This document shows positions 32,401 to 41,721 of a stretch of DNA of 52,265 bases, one piece after another. The notes below the pieces were generated by a model, which searched no databases, was not told the origin of the DNA, and worked only from the letters and a program-made list of their open reading frames with translations. The DNA is taken from positions 1-52,265 of the forward strand of contig JAYGDX010000069.1 in assembly GCA_046582655.1 (NCBI GenBank), written 5' to 3'. Origin of the DNA: Candidatus Poribacteria bacterium. Its GTDB lineage: Bacteria; Poribacteria; WGA-4E; UBA9662. The position numbers and the translations under genes were made by a program. Within the stretch, counting starts at the first letter, position 1; every line of letters begins with the position of its first letter.

Positions 32401-35400
32401 GACTGAATTTCCCTTTTGTATCAGCTTCAGCGGTCACTTGCAGCCCAATTGCCCCTTGAACAGCAATTTCAACTTTTGCCTTTGGCTCAGTCTCACCCGA
32501 AATTGTAACTTTATTTGCAGACACAATAGCTGGCTCAAGCGAATTAAACTTAGGGGGTTCTGGCGGAGTTCGATCAACAACTATTATTTTGGCCGTTGCT
32601 GTCGAGGTATTGCCAGCCGGATCTTTAATTCTCAGGCTAACATCACCGGATCTGTCCGCCATAAACCTGATGCTTCTTCCTGTATAAGTCGATTCATCGA
32701 AATTGACGCCATCAGTTTCGTCAACGTCCCAAGCAAATCCGGTAACTCGACCACTGTTATCAGTTGAGGCACTGGCGTTCAGTTCAACCTCCGATCCCTG
32801 TCGTACTGTTACTTCAGTCGGCTCAATTGAGGCTTGGGGTGGAGTCCTATCAACCACACGCAAGGTAAATTCTGAATCCTTTGGCAATCTGGCAACATTA
32901 CCGGCACGGTCAGTTGCTTCAATGTAGTACGGAAAATCAAGTCCTTGCTCGAGGGCACTAGCATCAATACCGGTAATTCCTGCGGCTCGCATCAGATCCA
33001 ATGGGTTTTCCGGCACATCAACCTGAGCCTCGAAAAAGTCACCAGAGCGAGAAGCTAGACTTTCTTTCCCAACCAAAACCACTTTGACCTGATCAATTTT
33101 ATCATTATCGGTAACGGTAGCTTTCATCGCTACAATTTCTCCAGTACCAACGCTAATATCGCCTAAACCATTCGCTGCTGATTGAATTAAGCGACCAGCA
33201 TGGATATCGTGAATCTCTGGTAGAACGTTATCAATCAAAACTGGTCCAATTGTCACACCATTCTTATTCTTGAGTTCATCAAACACTTCAACACGAATTT
33301 CGTATTTCGTGATTGCAGTTCCATAACCAGCTGTATCCCATTCATAAAACACGTTTCCTGTCTCCTGATTTAACTTCTCTCCAATAGAAGAGAATGACGC
33401 TCCTTCAGCCACTTGGAAACTAGCTGTAACAGGCCTTTCAGACTTAAGCTGGAATTGAATCGTGACTACACCTCTACTACCAATAACCTCGAGCTCACGA
33501 ATAATAGGACCCGTGTTGGAAACCACTACAAGCTTTGTTGTAACCTCTGTTTCGTACTTTTCATTTGTGTTTGTTTCTTGAACGGTAAAGGTCAATTTAT
33601 ATTCTTTGCCTTTTTGTCCCAATGGCGCCGTCCATGAAAACTTACCAATACCAGGCTCAGAACCAACAAATTCTCCAATGGATTCGTTACTAATCGTTAT
33701 AAGAATATCATCGCCGTTAGGGTCTCCATATTTAATATTCAAAGGAGGAGTCAATTCCTCACCTTCAACGACATTAATAACTGGTGGGATTTCATCAATA
33801 ACAGGTTTTAAGTTTAAGGCAGCAATATTCAATTGGACATCCGTTTCACCTTTCGCATTTTCCCTGTCAAAAACACGGATAGTAAAATCGTGTTTACCCG
33901 CATCCCCTGTTTTTGTCTTGATCAAAAGTGTTGATCCTGCAATCTTCGCCTCTCCCTGTGGTATTTGTCCTTTCAACTCGAAGCGCAAAGGCTCAGCAGA
34001 GTCATCCGGATCTGATGCCAGAACCGGGTCTTCAGGTGATAATGCCACAAGTGGAACCGTTAAAGTATCACCTTCAATAATCTGTGCAGGCACTCGGATA
34101 GGATTAACGAACTCTGGTGGGCGATTGACGTTATCAACCAAAATTTGAACTGCTTCTTTTGTTGCCGCTTGGGAATTGTCAGTTGCGACTATCAAGACTT
34201 GATATCCTTTTGCCCTTGCTGAACCAAGATCCGTCTGCCACCTAAAAGTTCCACTACCACTACCATTATCAATTAACTCAGCATTTTTTGGAGCATTTTC
34301 AAGCGTGAGTGCAATCTTTTCATCTGGATTAACCCCAAAGTCCAAGTCAGTAAAAGTAACAGAAAATTGAATAACTGCTCCCTCCTGTGCAGACTGAGCA
34401 GCAAGTTCGCCAACTAATATGGGAGGTTGGTTTGTGTTAAGCACGTTAATTTTGAATATGTGCTTGTTTTGTCCCAGCTTAATAGTTGCCTTAGGATCAA
34501 GGGCATTAATGGTAACTGCGAACGGTGCACCTCCTGCAATATCGTAGTCTGGTATCCAACTGATTTTGGCTACCCCCGGACTAATCCCTTTCAACTCTGC
34601 TCCGAGTGGAAGCCCTTCTGGTCTAAAGCTAATTGTGTCGCCGTCGATATCCAAGGCCTGAAGTCTTATGGTTAACAATTGACCTTCCTGAACCTGTTGA
34701 TCAGCAATTGGATCCATCTTTGGAATAATGTTTCGATCCTGAACACGAATACGAATTGTTTTCTGATCAGAAAGCGGTAGATTCTTGTCGCTACGGACTT
34801 CCTTTACACCAAGCAACACAGTCCAAATCCGAGCACCGTCTGGACCATCACCATCTTTCAACGTTGGCTCCCAGAAAAATTCACCGGTATTCTGATCAAA
34901 CACTGCATTAGTCGGTAACCCTTCAGCCTCAAAAACTAGTGGATCGTCCTCACCATCTTCAGCCCTCAACTGAATTTTGAGCAGGTAATCTTCTGAACCA
35001 TCAATATCTTGTAAACGGTTTTCCGCTTCACCAGTAGAATGACGCACAGATTCACGGATGTTATAGACATCTTTTTCCAGCAACAAAGTTGGGGGAGTAT
35101 TTATCTTTCCTACACCGATAGTAAACGCAGCTTGTGCTGAAAGTTGATTGATTTTATCATCGTCCTTCACCGTAATAATGAACTTGACGCGTTGATCGAT
35201 ATCTTCCTCCAGATTCAAAGCCCATCGCAAAATAGCATCGACCGAAGTTCCTTCTTTGCCTTCCTGCAATGCAATCACATTTTTAACCTCTGGAACTGTC
35301 CCTCTACTGCCAATGCGAATAATGTTAAAGTCAAAAACTTCATTTGGGTCAGGATCTGTTACCTTGATATTAAACTCAGCAACTGGTGTCTCATTAGGAT

Positions 35401-38400
35401 CAACATGTATGCTGGTAAGCCCCTGAAAGGCAGGCATCCGATTTATCTGAAAAATCTCAAGCTGAAACTTGAGTGGTTCTGGATTGCCACTAACGAAAAT
35501 CCCAATATCGTGTGTGCCGACAAATGTCGATTTGGGGAACCAACTGAAGTTCAGCCCACCAAGAATAGAACGTAATTGATATCCAGCATCAGTTGGTAAT
35601 CCAGTCAATGTGTACTTAAGAACTTTACCCTCTGGGTTCTTAACCGAGATTGGCACTTCTATCCGCTTGCCTGTTCCATGGGTAAATTTGAGATTGTCGG
35701 CTGGAAGTGACATATTCCCAAGTTGCGTAAATTGTGGAGGGTCGAACACTGAGAGAATTTCAATTCCAACCTTCTTCCACGCTTCAGCACTATCAGTTCT
35801 GGCAACCCCCGTTTCAGGATCAATATCAATTACTTTTAGGCTAAAAGCGTCTACACCAAAGTAATTGAGTGGAGGTGTATAAGTCAGTTTCAAGATATCG
35901 CCAGCTTGCAACTTATCTGGAATATTACCGGAAATCTCACCTTTGATAGGATTGGTAAACTGACTGACCATTAAGGAATCTCCATCTGGATCAACCACCT
36001 TCAATTGGATTTCAACAGCTACATCCTCATCTGTAATAATGGTATCGCTATCAATTTCAATTCGCGGCAAATCGTTAACAGGTTCAACAAGGATTTTCAC
36101 TGTGGCTGAAACAGGACTGCCTTTCCCATCACTTACCATGTAGGTAAAACTGTCAGGTGAAGTTGTATCATTAAAGTAATCTGGATTGGGTGTATAAACT
36201 GGTAAGCCCTCTGAACCAATCTCCACCTTTCCGTTCTCTGCTGACTTAACAGAGATAACAGTTAAATTGTCACCATCAACATCCTTTTGATTTCTGAAAA
36301 CATTAATCTCGAACCCTTTGGTATCTTCCGGCAGGATAACAATTTCATCGTTGATAATATCAACACCGGGTATCGGTTGATCATTGACAGGATTGATAAC
36401 AATTTCAACATTGGCACCAGATGTTATGCCTTTATCATCTGCGACCAGATAGGTAAAAGAGTCTGTGCCAAAGAAGTTTTCTTCCGGTGTATATTCATAC
36501 GTTCCATCACCTTTGTCGATAATTTCGATACCGCGTCCGCTCTTTGAAGAAATGGATTGGAGTTTAAGTTCCGCTTTTTCGGCATCTCGGTCGTTTTTAG
36601 TTAAGTCGTCCACGATGATAATTAGCAGTTGATCTTCATCAGTTTCAAGGACATCATCTTCAACAATCGGTGGATCATTAATCGGTTTAACGTCAACGGT
36701 TACTGTTGCTGAATCGCTTAGACCACCTTTCCCATCGCTAATTTTGTAGGTAAAACTATCAGGTGAAGTTGTATCATTAAAATAATCTGAATTGGGTGTA
36801 TATAATAAGGTGCCATCTTCTTGGATCTTGACTATACCGTGTTTTGGTTGTGTTGTACTGACGACTTTAAGTGGATCACCATCCTCATCTGAATCATTAA
36901 CAAGTACAGGAATTTCGACAGGTTGATCCTCGTCGGTTACTTGGTGGTCATCGGCCACCTGAGGTTCCGCATTTTTAGGTTCTTTGACGGCAACAATTAT
37001 TTCATCCTTAACCTTTCCGCCATTGGCGTCCTCAACCTCCAATACAATAATAATTTCACCCGATACTTCAGGTACAAATTCAACCTGTTTACCTGTCTTC
37101 TCGAAGTTAATATTTTTATCTTTGGCGTACCACTTATATTTTAATTTTTCTTTCTCAAAGAAATCGTCAGCATCAGCTTCTAAAATAATGGTTCCATCAA
37201 CTTCACCGGAATATGGTCCTCCAATAAAAGCCAATATTGTGGGTGGTGTGTTTTCAACGGTGACATTCACCTCTGCATCCACAGATTCACCCGCATTATC
37301 TGTAACTTTCAATGTAGCTGTTGATGCCCCAACAGTTTTTAGGTCAAATGTAACAATTTCACCTTCTTTAGTTTCCCCATTGAATTCCCATTGGTAAATA
37401 AGCGGATCACCACCTGGATCTGTAGATTGCGACGCATCGAATTTGATTTCCCCTCCTTCTTTTCCCGTATAGGGACCGCCTGGGTTTGCAACGGGTTCTG
37501 CGTTATTTACTGTCACTTGAAGCACTTCACTCTTGGCTTCTTCTAAATCTGCATCAGTGACAGTTACTGTTACATTATAAACTTTATCTGCTTTATATAT
37601 ATGGCTGATGCTATCTAAATTCCGACCATTTTTTGTCTCACCATCATCGAAATCCCATTGATAAAAAAGTTCTTCCTTATTTGCAGTTGCCTGAAATACA
37701 AATTCATCTCCTTCGTAACCTTCTGTTGTACCAATTGGCCGATCAACTTCGGGAGGGAGATTTTTAACATTAACCACAAATTCATGAACCGATTCCCCTC
37801 CATCTTTGTCTGTGACCGTTACGCTAGCGTTAAACTCGCCCTTGTCCTCATACTTATGGCTTGACTTACTTTCTTCACCTGAAAATTTCTCTGGTGTTCC
37901 ATCCCCAAAATTCCATCTATAAGACAGGGTATCTTCTTCGCCTGAGTCTTTGGCCTCGACAGAAAATTCAATCTCTGATTTTTGAAAAGCTTCAACATCC
38001 TCTTGATCCTTAATGAATTCAGGTACTGCATTTCTAATGTTGATTGTTGCTGTACGGGTGACTGAAGCACCATCAACGTCTCTGACAGTCAGTATCAACT
38101 GGTAGCGACCATCATCAACATAGATGTGCGTTACCGACGTAATGTCTATACCCACATCCTGTTCACTACCGTCACCGAAGTCCCAGATATACGTCAACTC
38201 ACTGAGATCAGAGGCAACAGCGTTGAATTCTATTTCTTGGCCTTCATCCGCAGTCTGATTGGTGGGTGGTTGAATGATTTCCGGATCTATGTTGAATATT
38301 GTGGCTTGTACAGTTTCTTTTACCTCACCACCATCTTTGTCTCGAACCGTACAAGTAACATTGAAATTACCGCTACCAATATAAGTATGTATAACTTCTG

Positions 38401-41383
38401 ATAAACTTATATCCGTTTGTTGTTTGCTACCATCCCCGAAATCCCAAATGTATCTTAGTTGATTTACATCTCCAGCGACATCAGTGGCCTTAGCAGTGAA
38501 CTGAATCTCTTCGCCTTCTTGGGCTGTCACACCAAGCGGCAGGGTGGCAAATTCCGGGTCAGCATTGGTAACTACCACGTTCACAACTTTCTTGTCTGAA
38601 GCTCCTTGACTATCGAAAACCGTCAGTGTCAACAAATAATTTCCATTATCAGGATAAATATGCGAAATATTATCAACATCCGATTTTGTCTCTGTCACAG
38701 GTTTACCGCTACTGTCTTGATATCCAAAATTCCAAACATAGGTTAGTTCGCCATCGTCTGAATCTTTCGCAGTGGTGAAAACGGCAAGCTCCTCACCTTC
38801 AACACCTGTTAAGTTGCTAGGGAATTCCGTGATAACAGGTGGGAGATTACTAACATTGACTTCCACCGTCGCTGTTGCTAGCGCCCCCTCATTATCCACA
38901 ATAATTAGTACTAATTTGTAGATGCCATTTTTCCCATATGTATGGGAAACTTCTGTCAGATTGATCCCTGTTTGATCAGGTGACCCATCCCCAAAGTTCC
39001 AAGTTATATTCAACTGATCGTTAATCCCCGGATCACTGGCATTGGCAATGATTTTTATTTCTCTGCCTTCATCAATGGTTTCCGGGAGCAGAATTTCTTT
39101 GATTGTGGCACTAACATTTTCAACTACAATCTTGATGGCTGGAACGGTTGACACGGAACTTTGATCACTGTCAGTAACCGTCAGGCCGACAAAAAACTCG
39201 CCATTATTGACGTAAGCATGTTCTACAGTCTTACCTTCACCATTTTCGCCGTCACCAAAATCCCATGCATAGGTCAATACATCGGCTGAACCAGCATCTA
39301 TAGCGATTCCTCTAAACTGCACAACTTCGCCTTCACCTACTACCTTGGGCATCTCAACCTTTTCAATCACTGGGGCCACATTTTCCACGCTGAAAGGAAT
39401 TGAGGGATCAGTTGTGGCCAAGCCTCCTTCCGGATCCCTAACCGTGACCGAAATCTGATATATACCGTTATTGCTATAAGCACGTGTGACTTCTTCTCCC
39501 ACGCCGACTTGACCGTCACCAAAAATCCAGACATAAGACAGAACATCATCTGTTCCCCGATCAGTCGCTATGACTGAGAACGTAACCTCTTCACCTTCTT
39601 TTGCTGATTCTGGCATATTAACTTCTTTGATAACTGGAGCAACATTGAGTACATTTATTATTTGGCTACGGGTAGCTATGCCATCGTCACTGTCGCGTAC
39701 CGTCAGATTCACTTGATAGGGGCTGTCATTGGTATAGACGTAGTTTACTTTCTCACCCACAGCAGTATTTCCATCGCCGAAATCCCATATGTAGGTCAGA
39801 ATATCTTCAATACCGACATCACTGCCACTTGCCGAAAACTCGACCACATCGCCTTCATAGATAATACCTCGCGGTACGGTAAATGCATTGATTATTGGAT
39901 CAACATTTTTGATAGGTAGGATAATTGTTTTTTGTGCTTCCGCACCTTCATTATCTTGTACAGTAAGGGTTAGTGCATAATCTTTGTTGTTGACATAGGA
40001 GTGATTGACAACATTACCTTCCGCCGTATTATCATCACCAAAATCCCAAGAAAATTTGAGGGTGTCTTTCTCTCCCGGATCTTCTGCCTGTGCACTAAGT
40101 TTGAATAGTTCTCCCTCCCTCACTTCCTCAGGAATATTAATTACCCCAATTACAGGAGGCAGATTTTTAACTTTAACTATTCCTGATTGGGTGGCAGATC
40201 CGCCATCATCATCGATCACTGTAAGCCCAAGGTTATACTCTCCGTCGTCTTTATACACATGCGAAACAGACGTCAGGTTTTCGTTGCTTTCGGTATTGCC
40301 ATCGCCAAAATCCCATTGGTAAGTAAGTACATCTTCACTCCCTATGTCGGAAGCTGTTGCCACGAAAAACGCATCTGTTCCTTCTTTAGCTTCCAAGTTA
40401 GTCTCCGAGGGGAATTCGGTGATCTCAGGAGCAACATTATCTACCACAATCGTGTACTGTCGGTTGACTGTTGCGCGTTCATCATCGCTAACCGTCAAAA
40501 CAAGCGTGTATTCCTCGTTATCCTTGTAGGTGTGATCGACCGATGTCAGGTTCCGATCTTTCCTTTTAACTCCATCTCCAAAGTCCCATTGGTAATTGAG
40601 CATTTCGTTATCTATAACACTCGGATCCTCTGCGGTAATAGAGAAAGTAACCTTTTGACCTTCCTGAATCGATTGCGTTGCAATATCAATAGGCTGATCG
40701 TCTTCACTCCGTACAGTTAAAGGATTTGTAATAACCGGGGCAACATTCGTAACAGTGATTGAGTATTGTGTCTCACTCACTCCGTTAAACATGTCTTTCA
40801 CTTTCAATGTCAGCGTATAATGCCCATCATTTACATAAGTATGGACTTCCTCGTTACGAGCACTTTCAACAACTGGATTGTCATCGCCAAAATCCCATTG
40901 GTAAGTGAGTTGCTGATTCCCTCCAGGATCAGTGGCGGTTACGGTAAAAGTAATCGCTGCGCCTTCATTGTAGGATGACTGAATTGGAAGATTTACAGGT
41001 CCGGGAGGAACATTCCTTACATCAATTTCAACTTTTCCTTCATCCTGTCCGCCATCATCACTAACAATGAAAATAAATGTATCTTTACCAACGAAGGGTT
41101 TCTTGGGAGTGTATTTTACTCTTGCACTGTCTTTATCAATTCTTACGATTTCAGATAACACGCCGTTTTGGGGAGGAGTTTTAATGACAAAAGTTAAATT
41201 ATCGTCATCTGCATCACTGGCTTCTAAATCAATCGGAATCAGTTCTCCTTCATCGGTTTCTTTTGACAGATCGTTAATCAGATCAAGAGCGATTGGTGGT
41301 TCTGCAATAGATTTAGATGTCTGTCCAGCTATCAGCAAAACTGACAATAACAGCAAAAGACATACCTTTTTTATGGGACTCAC
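26417..41383 (-). CDS. Giant secreted surface protein (4,988 aa): PKD array, Ig/cadherin-like domains, dockerin, cohesin, T9SS-type/FlgD-like C-terminal domain
   Basis: AGGAGG RBS before GTG; Sec signal peptide; about 14 tandem W(D/N)FGDG PKD units; tandem DED...ND.D.DGD.L Ig units; GLP..A cadherin-like units; many D..PP-linked Ig units; duplicated D.N.DG.VDILDL dockerin; GFQFDLRYDP cohesin; ALGQNYPNPFNPETWIPY...KMIILK tail. Confidence 0.92.
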   Translation of the reverse strand: MSPIKKVCLLLLLSVLLIAGQTSKSIAEPPIALDLINDLSKETDEGELIPIDLEASDADDDNLTFVIKTPPQNGVLSEIVRIDKDSARVKYTPKKPFVGKDTFIFIVSDDGGQDEGKVEIDVRNVPPGPVNLPIQSSYNEGAAITFTVTATDPGGNQQLTYQWDFGDDNPVVESARNEEVHTYVNDGHYTLTLKVKDMFNGVSETQYSITVTNVAPVITNPLTVRSEDDQPIDIATQSIQEGQKVTFSITAEDPSVIDNEMLNYQWDFGDGVKRKDRNLTSVDHTYKDNEEYTLVLTVSDDERATVNRQYTIVVDNVAPEITEFPSETNLEAKEGTDAFFVATASDIGSEDVLTYQWDFGDGNTESNENLTSVSHVYKDDGEYNLGLTVIDDDGGSATQSGIVKVKNLPPVIGVINIPEEVREGELFKLSAQAEDPGEKDTLKFSWDFGDDNTAEGNVVNHSYVNNKDYALTLTVQDNEGAEAQKTIILPIKNVDPIINAFTVPRGIIYEGDVVEFSASGSDVGIEDILTYIWDFGDGNTAVGEKVNYVYTNDSPYQVNLTVRDSDDGIATRSQIINVLNVAPVIKEVNMPESAKEGEEVTFSVIATDRGTDDVLSYVWIFGDGQVGVGEEVTRAYSNNGIYQISVTVRDPEGGLATTDPSIPFSVENVAPVIEKVEMPKVVGEGEVVQFRGIAIDAGSADVLTYAWDFGDGENGEGKTVEHAYVNNGEFFVGLTVTDSDQSSVSTVPAIKIVVENVSATIKEILLPETIDEGREIKIIANASDPGINDQLNITWNFGDGSPDQTGINLTEVSHTYGKNGIYKLVLIIVDNEGALATATVEVNVSNLPPVITEFPSNLTGVEGEELAVFTTAKDSDDGELTYVWNFGYQDSSGKPVTETKSDVDNISHIYPDNGNYLLTLTVFDSQGASDKKVVNVVVTNADPEFATLPLGVTAQEGEEIQFTAKATDVAGDVNQLRYIWDFGDGSKQQTDISLSEVIHTYIGSGNFNVTCTVRDKDGGEVKETVQATIFNIDPEIIQPPTNQTADEGQEIEFNAVASDLSELTYIWDFGDGSEQDVGIDITSVTHIYVDDGRYQLILTVRDVDGASVTRTATINIRNAVPEFIKDQEDVEAFQKSEIEFSVEAKDSGEEDTLSYRWNFGDGTPEKFSGEESKSSHKYEDKGEFNASVTVTDKDGGESVHEFVVNVKNLPPEVDRPIGTTEGYEGDEFVFQATANKEELFYQWDFDDGETKNGRNLDSISHIYKADKVYNVTVTVTDADLEEAKSEVLQVTVNNAEPVANPGGPYTGKEGGEIKFDASQSTDPGGDPLIYQWEFNGETKEGEIVTFDLKTVGASTATLKVTDNAGESVDAEVNVTVENTPPTILAFIGGPYSGEVDGTIILEADADDFFEKEKLKYKWYAKDKNINFEKTGKQVEFVPEVSGEIIIVLEVEDANGGKVKDEIIVAVKEPKNAEPQVADDHQVTDEDQPVEIPVLVNDSDEDGDPLKVVSTTQPKHGIVKIQEDGTLLYTPNSDYFNDTTSPDSFTYKISDGKGGLSDSATVTVDVKPINDPPIVEDDVLETDEDQLLIIIVDDLTKNDRDAEKAELKLQSISSKSGRGIEIIDKGDGTYEYTPEENFFGTDSFTYLVADDKGITSGANVEIVINPVNDQPIPGVDIINDEIVILPEDTKGFEINVFRNQKDVDGDNLTVISVKSAENGKVEIGSEGLPVYTPNPDYFNDTTSPDSFTYMVSDGKGSPVSATVKILVEPVNDLPRIEIDSDTIITDEDVAVEIQLKVVDPDGDSLMVSQFTNPIKGEISGNIPDKLQAGDILKLTYTPPLNYFGVDAFSLKVIDIDPETGVARTDSAEAWKKVGIEILSVFDPPQFTQLGNMSLPADNLKFTHGTGKRIEVPISVKNPEGKVLKYTLTGLPTDAGYQLRSILGGLNFSWFPKSTFVGTHDIGIFVSGNPEPLKFQLEIFQINRMPAFQGLTSIHVDPNETPVAEFNIKVTDPDPNEVFDFNIIRIGSRGTVPEVKNVIALQEGKEGTSVDAILRWALNLEEDIDQRVKFIITVKDDDKINQLSAQAAFTIGVGKINTPPTLLLEKDVYNIRESVRHSTGEAENRLQDIDGSEDYLLKIQLRAEDGEDDPLVFEAEGLPTNAVFDQNTGEFFWEPTLKDGDGPDGARIWTVLLGVKEVRSDKNLPLSDQKTIRIRVQDRNIIPKMDPIADQQVQEGQLLTIRLQALDIDGDTISFRPEGLPLGAELKGISPGVAKISWIPDYDIAGGAPFAVTINALDPKATIKLGQNKHIFKINVLNTNQPPILVGELAAQSAQEGAVIQFSVTFTDLDFGVNPDEKIALTLENAPKNAELIDNGSGSGTFRWQTDLGSARAKGYQVLIVATDNSQAATKEAVQILVDNVNRPPEFVNPIRVPAQIIEGDTLTVPLVALSPEDPVLASDPDDSAEPLRFELKGQIPQGEAKIAGSTLLIKTKTGDAGKHDFTIRVFDRENAKGETDVQLNIAALNLKPVIDEIPPVINVVEGEELTPPLNIKYGDPNGDDILITISNESIGEFVGSEPGIGKFSWTAPLGQKGKEYKLTFTVQETNTNEKYETEVTTKLVVVSNTGPIIRELEVIGSRGVVTIQFQLKSERPVTASFQVAEGASFSSIGEKLNQETGNVFYEWDTAGYGTAITKYEIRVEVFDELKNKNGVTIGPVLIDNVLPEIHDIHAGRLIQSAANGLGDISVGTGEIVAMKATVTDNDKIDQVKVVLVGKESLASRSGDFFEAQVDVPENPLDLMRAAGITGIDASALEQGLDFPYYIEATDRAGNVARLPKDSEFTLRVVDRTPPQASIEPTEVTVRQGSEVELNASASTDNSGRVTGFAWDVDETDGVNFDESTYTGRSIRFMADRSGDVSLRIKDPAGNTSTATAKIIVVDRTPPEPPKFNSLEPAIVSANKVTISGETEPKAKVEIAVQGAIGLQVTAEADTKGKFSQEISDLPDGSYQIGGVAIDESGNTSRQANAIPLIIDNTPPQIDLVLGEVSNPPGSPNRMQTVHKTSNVRPPVPVRVTDAGGIAFIDLYLLEGTTSVALDGGDSRRNASGARSISDVIVPLEGRNLITGVTYTARVVARDLAGLRAENTLQFMVDARSPDVNPPQITFVSLLSEGMLTADQRLELKVKLVDNESGFNIESADFVSVVLSDVDAQPIALNRLSKSSNDINSVIITTYPVADLVSGRYTLSVQVIDIRGNTQNETRSFQVIGKPPIAVTVPNLNRLQEGGETDGFEYVSESPTTIDGTLDMIQLPGGGSVEVYVNGDIVARANIDETSGNFVTNVPLAEGKNEVTLVVVNSLGLKGSPSAPRFFVLDTLPPQIESLEPADGSTVGDVLEIRAIVKDSTIVSSNVIGINSKSVQLYINDKLQKITYDPFSGQLACAINKSFANGAKPKIRVKAADKFGNNVEIESTFEVEDDLPDTDPPVISGISPKSGSSLNTTDLSRPEFALMGSAYDIGSGLAEVQIRLDGSIVSSKVFQARLETLQGDEAEIPTDADIGMLSFTPKKLSDGVHVLTLYAKDKSGNEKITNSKFVVDTSAEVPTLNPILSPLNKRLVDLEGKAEPFTTIRIIVNEKPTTTLVAGEDGTFVQPKVILAEGQNWITMVATDIAGNVSNPSEMLLLIADVRPPIIGNPQPVPGSRIKSKVIKMSVELTDNPGGTGINESTLQLILDGNVELFEFTYDGEHLAYIPSENSNELTELVEGTHFFRVIASDAAGNTTTFDSGDFVVDYTPPEISVILPETGTVLSNNQPEVKAVVQAKDLSSVSISIVSADGTEVPVTQDFDAIIGQYRAKPDGPLANGSYTATVGAEDIAGNVSEGQVQFAVDTAAADETPPKIVPNFPQPGDEVSTTSMLAIDFQVLDADGGIDFKNMAVEINGVVSNDLFGEGSPHRYDRGTGCVVLYGRLQLELGALEDPLELGALEDPLELGALEDPLDAGALAEPMDLGALDDSMEFAALEDPLDLQALNEPLDLAVGLNTLSITVSDSFSNATSFDFNFGVSLTPPLSPAINLGGKPAEMADLRISNVRISERKIVAGQEFTVNFNASENITAVFLDFSSLDTTISSKKRPAWASGDDGGFGAGMSPGVLWDVVSQLAEIEPDITPPKLVKLDFSEIQKRLYNVPAKSKRYEATAKVSKNTKIKGGAKTASLVVLASQSSFDSKNIWIPFENPKTDGKSRGNRFSNRELVAEASVAQAQSRGLTSAFDIVINNRGKNKIYTNSPEIPMSGQIADYSGKKVEVEIFVNDKSMGIVPVDKDGNFEIDRILLKSGTNKVTSFTRSRAKLQSPASPAQTVFLDRTLPKIKFVNLQDQIDQPKIKAEIQFSDNSKVSAESITLMVNDKEPVVLPTDKNTITKTISLKEGKNLLSLSAVDAAGNISKPYKATVIVDNKPPDAPPVTLSGGLTYSGTEIVVGWTPDPDAKYYNLYRAEKPITELKNTKRRKSKLRRTEFTDSNVDVGITYYYALTSISAAGVESLSPSENLNVTILSARKGGTAIIAEGTRITARSKSISKDSTIYTAVSIENLMESDVPDFAGSIEGTIYRFTAVSQDGSAFKSKFAKNAQVTIPYPSFESPDGLSVYALDNGKWQLKEVNKVDKKRKTFTVSTRHFETYRLVESAARENPWDTNRDEAVDILDLVQVSNAFGAESFDAYADIDRNGTVDILDLTLVAKHFGEMYGSAAAAPVMKSVEPRADVSMSIETIEATSSLKQVILSVNVALNERLKGFQFDLRYDPHLLDVIGIKEGNALKGSSFWIEPRLLDGKVEKVASVGIGGSNESAGTTGKMATVTFQLKGDVNRALESIHIENLKLSDSKASLIPVRIKSIDNLNQLIDPDLSFALGQNYPNPFNPETWIPYHVEENQSVTIRIYNAAGKLVRELDLGFKSAGSYISRHKAAYWNGRNLYGEEVASGIYFYEIEAGKFNATKKMIILK
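29300..29497 (-). repeat. 27-nt / 9-aa tandem repeat (LELGALEDP consensus), 7 copies plus a partial
   Basis: LELGALEDP x3, LDAGALAEP, MDLGALDDS, MEFAALEDP, LDLQALNEP, LDL. Confidence 0.9.
36139..36802. repeat. 58-nt direct repeat (55/58 identical) at 36139-36196 and 36745-36802 within the giant gene
   Basis: Both copies encode YTPN(P/S)DYFNDTTSPDSFTY. Confidence 0.9.
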
Positions 41384-41692
41384 GAAATATCCTCCTGGAA
41401 ACTCACTCGATTACTCTTCATAATTTGGGGAACCCGCACTCTCGGATATATTGTTCAAGTGACCACGGACCATATAACAATTCACACCAAAAATTGGTCT
41501 TCAGACAATACTCAAATTTCTTCGGGTAACTTGCGTCCCTGCTTGATATAAATTCGTAACAAGGAAAAACACCTAAAGCAAAGAAACTCCAAGAGATTTA
41601 TTCAAGTACAAAACTCTTCATCAGAGTAAAGTTGGTAGGGGGGTAGGTAAGTTATTAAGGAATGATTACTATTTTTTTAAGTAACATTTTGC

Positions 41693-41721
41693 ATTATAGC
41701 ATACTGAAATAACCTTGTCCA
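41693..41721 (-). promoter_or_regulatory. sigma70-type promoter of the giant gene (leader about 300 nt)
   Basis: TGGACA-N17-TATAAT with extended TG. Confidence 0.65.

Noticed and set aside
36139..36802. 58-nt repeat pair as a DGR TR/VR (all mismatches A/G on the + strand)
   Set aside because: On the coding strand they are C/T transitions, two of them synonymous; both copies are mid-gene and no RT is present.
26839..41529. Numerous short + strand and alternate-frame ORFs inside the giant gene and other CDSs
   Set aside because: Shadow ORFs with no recognisable motifs or start signals.
41425..41545. GGGACGCAA and GCGGGTT motifs suggesting a c-di-GMP-I riboswitch in the giant-gene leader
   Set aside because: The upstream GGCAAA and GNRA stem are missing and the spacing does not fit.
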